IMG/VR virus record: IMGVR_UViG_3300047160_006212
Source: an uncultured virus (IMG/VR IMGVR_UViG_3300047160_006212)
Taxonomy: Duplodnaviria; Heunggongvirae; Uroviricota; Caudoviricetes
Direction: 5' to 3' (one strand)
Length of the DNA stretch: 20,000 nucleotides
The position numbers and the translations under genes were made by a program. The notes under the pieces are model-generated. The model did no database searches. It had not been told where the DNA came from and was given only the letters and a program-made list of their open reading frames with translations. How positions within the stretch are numbered: the first letter of the stretch is position 1; each line of letters starts with the position of its first letter. Below, one piece after another: positions 1-8,016 of this stretch.

Positions 1-1
1 G

Positions 2-1603
2 CAGGGGCTAGGTTCCAGTGACTATACGATTTCACTGCCTTACGCAGCAAGTGCAACGGTTGCCAGCAGTGGTCAGCTGCCATTGTTTACGGCAACTGCC
101 GGGACCGCCACCGTTTGGGTCGATCTTCCAAACAACAACTTTCCGAATATTGTTGGTGAGTATCAGCAGTTCATCGCGCCAACGAATGTCGGCGGTATCA
201 CTGTTCAGGGTCCGTACCAGACGACAATCTCATCCTGCAATCCAACTAATTTTGTCAGCATCAATGCGCCAATCCCGCCTGTGACAAGTGCGTCAAGCGT
301 AGCCATGAATGGTGGCAACGCGCAGATTGTCTATTACTATACGGTGGGTGCGCCAGCCGGTCTTGGTTTTGGGCAAGGCGCGTCTGGTTTCGGCGCGCAA
401 GGGTCGTTTGGGGTGGGCGGAACTGCTCTACCAGCAACTGGAACCCCCATTACCGCAACCGATTGGACCTTGTGTAACTGGGGTGAGACCTTGCTGGCAG
501 TGCCTGAGAATGGCCCGCTGTATCAGTGGAGTGCCAATTCAGGGTATACGACGGCCTCGGTGGTGCCGACCGCACCATTCTTTAATGGCGGTTGTTTTGT
601 ATCTCAGCCGCAGCAAATTCTGGTGCTCTGGCGCAGCGTGCAGCTGACAGGAACACAAGACCCGCTGATCGTTCGGTGGTCTGATTCGTTGGATTACACC
701 AATTACAACGTAAACTCGCAGACATGGGCTGGAGCGTTCCATATCCCGACCGGATCGATCATCATCGGCGGTATGCAGTCTGCGCAGCAAGGCATTATCT
801 GGACCGATATCGAATGCTGGGTCATGCAGAATGTCGGCCAGCCGATTGTATTTGGCTTTAATCGTGTCGGGTCAGGCTGCGGACTTGTCGGCAAGCATGC
901 CACTGGCGTGTTGAACGGGAACATCTACTGGATGGGACCGGATAACTTCTTCATCCTTGGTGCCAATGGCGTTCAGAGCATTCCATGCTCGGTCTGGAAT
1001 TACGTCTTCAGCCAGCTTGATACATCTAATCAATGGAAGGCCAGATGCGCCACCAATGCCCTTTACGGCGAAGTCGCTTGGTTTTTCCCACAGATCGGTG
1101 GCGGTGGTGAAAATACGCTTTATGCCAAGCTCAATATTGCAGAACAGGAATGGGACTACGGCGTCCTCGGCCGATCCGCATGGATTGATGTGACCGTGCT
1201 GGGCAACCCGATTGGGGCCGATCTGAATGGCGCGATCTGGCAGCATGAGGTCGGCTGGAACGCAGGGTCAGTGTCACTCGACAATAGCTTTACGTCTGGC
1301 TGGTGGTCGATTGCGGAAGGCGATCAGGTTTCGATTGTGGACTGGATTTTCCCGGACATGACTTATCAAACCAGCCAACTTGCTTCCACGTCCAATCTGC
1401 AACTGACGTTCTATTCCTGCATGTATGGCAACGACACGCCCGTTGTCTACGGGCCGTTCCCGTTCAGTCAGCCGTCCACCTTCATCAACTGCCGCATTCG
1501 TGGCAGATACCTGAAAGTACAGCTGTCTGAGGTTGGCGACATGAATGGGTTCTGGAGGCTGGGTCGCATTCGTTATCGCTACGCACCTGATGGGAGGCAG
1601 TAA
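2..1603 (+). CDS. Tail hub / DNA stabilization protein (P22 gp10-like), 5'-truncated
   Basis: The frame is open from position 2 (QGLGSSDYTIS...), so the TTG at 83 is not the start. Beta-rich, with PLIVRWSD..., GCGLVG...IYWMG and a C-terminal RIRGRYLKVQL...WRLGRIRYRYAPDGRQ typical of podoviral tail stabilization proteins. TAATG overlap with the next gene. Confidence 0.75.
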   Translation, partial: QGLGSSDYTISLPYAASATVASSGQLPLFTATAGTATVWVDLPNNNFPNIVGEYQQFIAPTNVGGITVQGPYQTTISSCNPTNFVSINAPIPPVTSASSVAMNGGNAQIVYYYTVGAPAGLGFGQGASGFGAQGSFGVGGTALPATGTPITATDWTLCNWGETLLAVPENGPLYQWSANSGYTTASVVPTAPFFNGGCFVSQPQQILVLWRSVQLTGTQDPLIVRWSDSLDYTNYNVNSQTWAGAFHIPTGSIIIGGMQSAQQGIIWTDIECWVMQNVGQPIVFGFNRVGSGCGLVGKHATGVLNGNIYWMGPDNFFILGANGVQSIPCSVWNYVFSQLDTSNQWKARCATNALYGEVAWFFPQIGGGGENTLYAKLNIAEQEWDYGVLGRSAWIDVTVLGNPIGADLNGAIWQHEVGWNAGSVSLDNSFTSGWWSIAEGDQVSIVDWIFPDMTYQTSQLASTSNLQLTFYSCMYGNDTPVVYGPFPFSQPSTFINCRIRGRYLKVQLSEVGDMNGFWRLGRIRYRYAPDGRQ

Positions 1604-3783
1604 TGCCGTCGGTTTCTACTAAGCAAGCTCATCTGATGTCAGCTGTGGCCCATGGATGGAAACCGACAGGTAGCGCTGCTGGTCTTCCGGTTTCTGTAGC
1701 TAAAAAGTTTCACGCAGCCGACGCCGGGCACAAATACGGCGCTGGCATGCATGGCGGCAAGGGCAGGCCCTATCCCAAGCATAATTACGAGTACGGCGGG
1801 GCTATTGCGATTGCCAGAAAGTACAGTCCCCGCAGGCGGTACGCCGATGGCGGTGGCGATGGCGACTATGTTTCGCCCACTGGCTATGATCTTCCCCCGG
1901 AGATTACGCGTGGTCGATCCCAATCCCGTCCTCCTGATCCCGATTTCGATTCGGCATGGCGCAGGCGCGTCACTCTGCCAATGGCGTTGGCGCCCCAGTC
2001 GGATGACTCAGATGACCTTCGCCAACAGCTTATGCAGGAGGGCATGCGCCGCAGAGGCTTTCAGGATGGCGGTGGGGCGGATGATGACTTCGACACACGG
2101 TGGCAGGACGAAAACTGGCAGCTGATGCCCCAGCAATATGGCGACAGGCAATACAAGCCAATCTTAGATGCCACGCTTGCCAACCGAGCAACCCAGTATC
2201 CTCAATACACCCCGCCGCCGAAAGGTAAGGAATTTAATATTCCGACGAAGGCTGAGTTTGAGGCTCTTTTACGGCGCCAAGGTTATGACATTGGCGGCGG
2301 CACGCCATCACCTGATATGGATGATCCCAGTGTGCCGAGGATGTTGCGTCCCGGTACCAGCTTTAACCAAAGATGGCCAGACCGTGATCTTCCGGTACAG
2401 GCATCGTTCGATGACCGTTTTGGTAGCCCAAGCTTCAGTCAGAGATGGAATGATCGTACCCTCCCGGCGCAAGCCGCAGGCGTCATTCCCAATCCTGCGC
2501 TCCGACGAGGCCTGACCCAGGACCGGTCCCCGGCGTCGTTTGGAGATCGGTTTGATGCTGTAGGTCCTATGCTTAACAGATATAACCAACAGCAAATTAA
2601 GAAGAACATGCAGCCGGGAATGCAGGATGGCGGCGAAGTTCGCCAGTTGTCTCCGGGCGCACAGTCTTTGCTTGATCAGCATGGGTCACCAGAAGCAGCC
2701 ATCCAAGGCGGCATCCAAAAGCTGCAGCAAGCCTACAGGTCAGAAACTCCCTATTGGAGTGGCGTATTGAATGAATTGCGCGGTCTAAGGGGCGGCGGCT
2801 TTGCCGATGGCGGCAGGGATGATGATGATCCTCCTAAGGTGATTACTATTCCTCCACCAGCACCAATCGCTCCGCTCTCTCCTTTTGAGTGGTACAACGT
2901 AAGTGCGGGGCAAGGAAAAATTGTGCCTCCGTTGAAACATTGGGGTTTGAAAGAACGCCAAAGAGGTGGCCGACACTACCAGTTCGGCGGTGGCTATAAG
3001 TTTAAAAGTAACTTTAATCCCGAGCGCGCGGCGGCCTTTGGGCTATCCAAACAGTCCGGCATGCTGCACTCCAGCGTCCCGGGCCGCACCGACAAGCTCA
3101 ATCTCAATGTCCCCAGCGGCAGCTATATCATCCCAGCCGACGTAACCTCAGGTATGGGGCAAGGGAACTCGATGGCAGGCGCCAAAATCCTGGACAATAT
3201 GTTCAACAAGGGCCCCTATGGGATGAACATCCAGCGCATGCATGCTGGCAGCCCGAGGGTGGGTGGCATGCGGATGTCCTCCATGTCGAAGATGTCGATG
3301 CCGGGCGGCGCTGGTAAGTTTGGGCAAAGCGCTGGCATGGGTGGGCTTGGCAGCAAGAACATGGGCGGGTTTGCCTTCGGTGGCAGCGCGCTGTCCAGGG
3401 TCAGGGGAGAAGCCCAAGGGCTGAACAGCCGCGACCAGAACATTATAGACCCCTATCGCCCCACCCCTGATCCCGAAACTTGGGCGTCCGATTATCAGAC
3501 TCGGGACAGGATGCCTGTATATGAATATCCACCCAAGGCGCCGGTCGAGACCGGAATGGCCCCGGGCGGCGTACCGCCCACCGGTAGGACTGCCCCGATC
3601 GTGGCGGCAGGCGGCGAATACGTCGTACACCCCGATCATGTGCGTCGTATTGGCGGCGGCGACATTGATACCGGCCACGACATTCTTGATCGCTTTGTCA
3701 AGCTGCAACGCCAGAAGCACATCAAGGACCTCAAGGGATTGAAGCCTCCGAAGGGATCGGACGAAGCTATGGGCAAAAAATGA
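1603..3783 (+). CDS. Putative internal virion protein, 726 aa, with repeated xxxGG motifs and two G[ES]Y[VI][VI]xxD domains
   Basis: Long, translationally coupled ORF in the virion operon, largely low-complexity. N-terminus MPSVSTKQAHLMSAVAH resembles a recurrent phage motif. Nine GG motifs and a duplicated C-terminal domain. Confidence 0.65.
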   Translation: MPSVSTKQAHLMSAVAHGWKPTGSAAGLPVSVAKKFHAADAGHKYGAGMHGGKGRPYPKHNYEYGGAIAIARKYSPRRRYADGGGDGDYVSPTGYDLPPEITRGRSQSRPPDPDFDSAWRRRVTLPMALAPQSDDSDDLRQQLMQEGMRRRGFQDGGGADDDFDTRWQDENWQLMPQQYGDRQYKPILDATLANRATQYPQYTPPPKGKEFNIPTKAEFEALLRRQGYDIGGGTPSPDMDDPSVPRMLRPGTSFNQRWPDRDLPVQASFDDRFGSPSFSQRWNDRTLPAQAAGVIPNPALRRGLTQDRSPASFGDRFDAVGPMLNRYNQQQIKKNMQPGMQDGGEVRQLSPGAQSLLDQHGSPEAAIQGGIQKLQQAYRSETPYWSGVLNELRGLRGGGFADGGRDDDDPPKVITIPPPAPIAPLSPFEWYNVSAGQGKIVPPLKHWGLKERQRGGRHYQFGGGYKFKSNFNPERAAAFGLSKQSGMLHSSVPGRTDKLNLNVPSGSYIIPADVTSGMGQGNSMAGAKILDNMFNKGPYGMNIQRMHAGSPRVGGMRMSSMSKMSMPGGAGKFGQSAGMGGLGSKNMGGFAFGGSALSRVRGEAQGLNSRDQNIIDPYRPTPDPETWASDYQTRDRMPVYEYPPKAPVETGMAPGGVPPTGRTAPIVAAGGEYVVHPDHVRRIGGGDIDTGHDILDRFVKLQRQKHIKDLKGLKPPKGSDEAMGKK

Positions 3784-4157
3784 ACTATGCGTTATTTCTC
3801 GCGTTCTGCTTTCTGTTAAGTCCATTGATGGCCATGGAGGGCGATAACCATGGCAACCATGGCGCGCTCAAGCAATGGTTTAACGAGTTACGCAGCGATA
3901 AAGGACCATGCTGTTCATTCGCTGACGGCTACACCATCACTGATGCCGACTGGGAAAGCGTGGACGGCCACTACCGCGTGCGCATCCCGCGTTACAAGCC
4001 GAGCATCGTCAGTGGGGATGACATGATTTGGGTCGATGTACCTGACGATGCCGTCATCAAGGAACCAAACCGGCTAGGCCCAACGGTGGTGTGGCCACTC
4101 TACAACACCGGAAGCCACCCTGCCATCCGCTGCTTTTTGCCGGGCATTATGTCATGA
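3780..4157 (+). CDS. Secreted Cys-containing hypothetical protein, 125 aa
   Basis: Signal-peptide-like N-terminus (MNYALFLAFCFLLSPLMA), motif WF..L....GPCCSFADG...WVDVPDDAVI...IRCFLPG, ATGA overlaps at both ends. Confidence 0.75.
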   Translation: MNYALFLAFCFLLSPLMAMEGDNHGNHGALKQWFNELRSDKGPCCSFADGYTITDADWESVDGHYRVRIPRYKPSIVSGDDMIWVDVPDDAVIKEPNRLGPTVVWPLYNTGSHPAIRCFLPGIMS

Positions 4158-4708
4158 CGCCTTCGATTGTTCGCATTGCCAAGCCCTTTGATGCCCCGGA
4201 AATCTGGCGGCTGTGTCTGCAAATGCACCGGGAGACTGGAATATTCAGTTTGTCCCCGATGAAGGTAACCAACTTGATGTCAAGGGCGCTGCATCCGGAG
4301 GAAATAAGTCCTCATGACACCGGCCCGAGAACGCAAATAGGGGTGATAGGACCGCAAGGATGCTTGGAAGCCATGGTCTTTGTTGCAATCCAGAGCGCAT
4401 GGTACAGCGATGACCTTCATCTGAATGAATTAATGTTCTACGTCGATCCGGAATGCCGGGTGTCACGGCATGCCATTGCCTGTATGGAATGGCTTAAGGG
4501 TTTGGCAGATAACTTGGGTATTCCGCTGGTGGCGGGTGTCACATCGACCACCAAGACGGCTGCCAAGATCAGGCTTTATGACCGCAGGTTTCCGCGCGTC
4601 GGGGCCCTATTTTTCTATCCTCTCTCGGCTACGACGCTTGAGCTGACCAAGCCGAAAGATGTTATGAATAGTCCGCGAGACCCCCGTAAATTAAGGAGGG
4701 TTGCGTAA
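4154..4708 (+). CDS. GNAT-fold acyl/acetyltransferase-like virion morphogenesis protein, 184 aa
   Basis: ATG at 4154 overlaps the upstream stop (ATGA). IVRIAKPFDAPEI start, ELMFYVDPECRVSRHA (motif A-like) and KIRLYDRRF (motif B-like). Sits directly before an ejection-type gene. Confidence 0.7.
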   Translation: MTPSIVRIAKPFDAPEIWRLCLQMHRETGIFSLSPMKVTNLMSRALHPEEISPHDTGPRTQIGVIGPQGCLEAMVFVAIQSAWYSDDLHLNELMFYVDPECRVSRHAIACMEWLKGLADNLGIPLVAGVTSTTKTAAKIRLYDRRFPRVGALFFYPLSATTLELTKPKDVMNSPRDPRKLRRVA

Positions 4709-7700
4709 TGTGCTTTGGAAGCGGATCGCCCGCCCAACAGACGACCCAGCAACAGGCCACCTACACGCCAAACCCATCGATCGTGGCGGCAGGCAATCAG
4801 GCAATCCACGGGGCGCAGTCGGCAGCGGCCACCCCCTTTGGTATTGGGGTCCAGCCCATTGCGGGCTTCAGTCCGCAGCAACAACAAGCCTTCCAGCAAT
4901 ACGGCCAGCTGCAGGGTCTCTATCAGCCCTATTATAATACTGCTTCGAACCTGATGCAGCAGTCCGCGCAGGGCCCGCACGTCAACCAGTTCATGAATCC
5001 CTACGCCCACTACGTCATGGCGAACCTTGGGGAACAGCAAGGTCAGCAGATGCAGCAGCTGACCGGGCAGTCAACCCAGACGGCTGGCGGGGTGGGCGCA
5101 GATCGCATTGGCGTGGCGCAGGGTGAGCTTGCCAGACAGCAGGGACTGGCGTCAGGGCAGACCTTGGCGGGCATCTACGGGTCTGCCCTGGGCGCTGCGC
5201 AGCAACAGCAGCAGTTGGAACAGGCCGCTGGTTACGGTATGGGCCAGTTGGGCGGGGCCAATCTGCAGTCGGCCTTGGCGGCAACTGGGGCTCTGTACGG
5301 GTCAGGGGCCTACCAACAGCAACTGAACCAAGCCCAGCTGAATGCGCAGTACCAAAACGATTTGATGCGGCAAGCCTATCAATTCCAAGCACCCCAATAC
5401 CTTGCCAACATCACAGGCGGATTGGCTGGGGCCATGGGCGCAACCACCGGTCAGTACGGCATGGGTACCTATCAACCACCACAACCTTCAACCTTTTCAC
5501 AAGTTGCAGGTCTTGGATTGGCCGGTGCTGGTGCCTATGGCGCATTGAACCAAGCAGGCGTGGTTGGCTCAAATCCATCCTATGGCGGTGGTAGCATGCT
5601 TGCCGGGGATGCCTTTGGTGGCAGCGCAGGCAGTCCATTGTCGGGACTTTCGGCGTCGGACTATGGTGCGCGGGGCGGCCGGTTCTTTGCTGACGGTGGA
5701 GGAACCGACGATAATACAGACAGCTATTACAGCGATATCCAGCCGCCTGCCAAGGACATTACTGCCAAAGACGTTGCCCTGGCTGGAAAGGGCAAGACCG
5801 ATTGGATGAGTTCGGACTCTGCCGTTCCGAGTGGCCAGACCCAGCGCGTTCTGTCTGCACAGCAAGCCCTGAATGCGCCACAGATTGCGCCCATGCAGAT
5901 GCCACAGCAGAGCAGTGGCAGCAGTGGCGGCTTTGGTGAGATTTTGGGTGACGTGGCCAAGATTGCGCCCCTATTCGCCGCCTTGGCGCGCGGTGGCCGT
6001 AGTCCTTATCCGCCTGCGTTTCAAGACGGCGGTGATGTTAATTTTGCTGATCGTTTTGGAGCTGTAGGTTCCCTTGACGCGCGCTGGCCAGATGACCCAG
6101 CGACAACATTCAATGAGCGCAGCATGGCTGCATATCCGGGCGCAAGAGACCCGGAGTTTGAAGCAAAGCAGCGCCTTAGTCGGGGAATAATGGACCGCGA
6201 TCAGGCGGCTAACGTAGATTTTGAGATCGGCAAGGAAAAAATACGGCGGGGTCAAGGAACTTCGTGGGGCGGTGACGATCCTGGCAGCGTATGGATGCCG
6301 GCTGGAAGCCGTGGAACTCCGCTACCGCCCAAGCCTGACGATCCAAATCAGCCCACAATTCCGGAGGGACAATCGGGCAGCACAAGCAATCCCTATAGGC
6401 AGCCCGATGCAAATGCCAAACGGGCTCTCGTAGACATACCATTGCCCAGCCCCACCGAACACACAGGCCCTAATGCACCGGGTGAAAGGATTCGTATTCC
6501 TAACCAGCCTCAGGTACGAGGCAATCCGCAGATTGCATCCGCTGACCCTACTGCGCTCCCATCTTGGCGTGAAGTTCAAGCCGCAAACCAGAAAGAACTC
6601 CAAAACTGGCAGGTGCCCTATCCGATGTCCACGCACGACACCAGCACGGACATAGCTCGCAGCCCATGGCTGGCCCTGATGATGGGGGGCGCCAAGATGG
6701 CTTCGACCTACGGACCTCCTGGCGTGTCGCTAGGGGCAGGCTTCGGTGCGGCCGGGCAGACACTCGAAAAGCAACGGCAGGATGCACAGCAAGAGGAAAG
6801 CCTGAACCAGCGCGCCCGCCAGCTTCAGATGGAAGCCTTGAAATACACCAACATGACACCCGCCGAAGCTGCGAGGCTTGGCCTCGAACAAGCCAGAATG
6901 GAGGAAGGCAAATGGCTCCATGGCGAGGTCAATCCTGTCACGGGCGAGCAGACCTTCTTCAATCCATATACCAACGAATCCTATACGGTGGGACCTAATG
7001 GCATCAAGAAAGGTGGCGGGGATGGAGCAGGGATAGCTGGGGCGGGTACGGCCGGCACAGTGACGCCGCCGCCAATACCAGCGCCACCAGCCAACACACC
7101 ATCACCGCCAGCCCAGACAGCGATCAGTCCAACCGGTGGAACCGTGACTGACACTGACCCTGATAAGATGGTTGCTCCAGGCGCAGTTAACGACGCTGAA
7201 GAAAATCCACAAGCAACGTCCGGAATTACCACGAAGGGAGCTGCTGCTGCCGCTCGTGCTGCATTTGCTCCGGAACAGAAGGAAATTAATAAAGCCGCTA
7301 TCGGCGCAGATACATCGCAGTTTCGCCTGAAAGAAATGAAACGCGACCTCAATACGATCATGGCTTATGTCAACAAGACACCAAGCGGGCCCGCAGAAAG
7401 AGCCCTACAGTTTGCCATGAGACCCGGACCCGGCGCAGGGAATGCGGTTCAGATGGCTAACTGGCTCAGCCGGTTTGGTACTGGCGTGCCGCCTGACGTG
7501 CTTGCAGCTGCTCAAACATGGGCCAAGAACTCGACGCTTGCCGGCTTTAGGGGTGTCGTTGGCGAAGGTCTGAGTGCAAAGGAAGCCCAACCGATCATCC
7601 AAGCTTCGATGGGCGCGGTTGCCAGCATGAATTTACCGGAGTCTTCAAGCCGAGCCCTCATTGCCAGCGGTGAACAATTGGCACAAAGGGCAAAGGATAA

Positions 7701-8016
7701 GCAGACATTCATGAATTCTTACATGGGCAAGAACCATCAATTTGGGGCAGGGTGGGAAGATCAGTTCGAGCAGAAGCACCCGATCGGCAGCTATATAGCA
7801 AGGGCAGTTGTCTCCGCTCTGCCGCCGGAAGAGCGCGCCAAGCTTGGCGTTGACACAAAGCAACTGCGTCTGCGCCGCGATGAGTATATGAAGGCAGAAA
7901 AAGCGGGCAACGATGCAGAAACTTCCAAGGCGCGTGATAATTACACCCGGGCCAGAAATGGGTTTAACCGCAAGTATGGGGGCACCGCAGACTACTTCGC
8001 ATTCGGAGCAATGTGA
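4708..8016 (+). CDS. Internal virion / DNA ejection protein, 1102 aa
   Basis: MCFG N-terminus, Gln/Ala/Gly-rich helical first third, Pro-rich linkers, helical C-terminus. Position after tail hub and GNAT matches podoviral ejection genes. Confidence 0.7.
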   Translation: MCFGSGSPAQQTTQQQATYTPNPSIVAAGNQAIHGAQSAAATPFGIGVQPIAGFSPQQQQAFQQYGQLQGLYQPYYNTASNLMQQSAQGPHVNQFMNPYAHYVMANLGEQQGQQMQQLTGQSTQTAGGVGADRIGVAQGELARQQGLASGQTLAGIYGSALGAAQQQQQLEQAAGYGMGQLGGANLQSALAATGALYGSGAYQQQLNQAQLNAQYQNDLMRQAYQFQAPQYLANITGGLAGAMGATTGQYGMGTYQPPQPSTFSQVAGLGLAGAGAYGALNQAGVVGSNPSYGGGSMLAGDAFGGSAGSPLSGLSASDYGARGGRFFADGGGTDDNTDSYYSDIQPPAKDITAKDVALAGKGKTDWMSSDSAVPSGQTQRVLSAQQALNAPQIAPMQMPQQSSGSSGGFGEILGDVAKIAPLFAALARGGRSPYPPAFQDGGDVNFADRFGAVGSLDARWPDDPATTFNERSMAAYPGARDPEFEAKQRLSRGIMDRDQAANVDFEIGKEKIRRGQGTSWGGDDPGSVWMPAGSRGTPLPPKPDDPNQPTIPEGQSGSTSNPYRQPDANAKRALVDIPLPSPTEHTGPNAPGERIRIPNQPQVRGNPQIASADPTALPSWREVQAANQKELQNWQVPYPMSTHDTSTDIARSPWLALMMGGAKMASTYGPPGVSLGAGFGAAGQTLEKQRQDAQQEESLNQRARQLQMEALKYTNMTPAEAARLGLEQARMEEGKWLHGEVNPVTGEQTFFNPYTNESYTVGPNGIKKGGGDGAGIAGAGTAGTVTPPPIPAPPANTPSPPAQTAISPTGGTVTDTDPDKMVAPGAVNDAEENPQATSGITTKGAAAAARAAFAPEQKEINKAAIGADTSQFRLKEMKRDLNTIMAYVNKTPSGPAERALQFAMRPGPGAGNAVQMANWLSRFGTGVPPDVLAAAQTWAKNSTLAGFRGVVGEGLSAKEAQPIIQASMGAVASMNLPESSSRALIASGEQLAQRAKDKQTFMNSYMGKNHQFGAGWEDQFEQKHPIGSYIARAVVSALPPEERAKLGVDTKQLRLRRDEYMKAEKAGNDAETSKARDNYTRARNGFNRKYGGTADYFAFGAM

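Noticed and set aside
83..85. TTG start for the first ORF
   Set aside because: The frame is open back to position 2, so the gene begins upstream of the window.
3148..3825. 225-aa minus-strand ORF and the many other antisense ORFs in 1-12490
   Set aside because: They shadow tightly coupled + strand genes in GC-rich DNA and show no recognisable motifs.
1786..6033. GG motifs as ubiquitin-like conjugation sites or double-glycine bacteriocin leaders
   Set aside because: No beta-grasp domain, E1/E2/JAB enzyme or C39 peptidase transporter is visible, and the context is virion genes.
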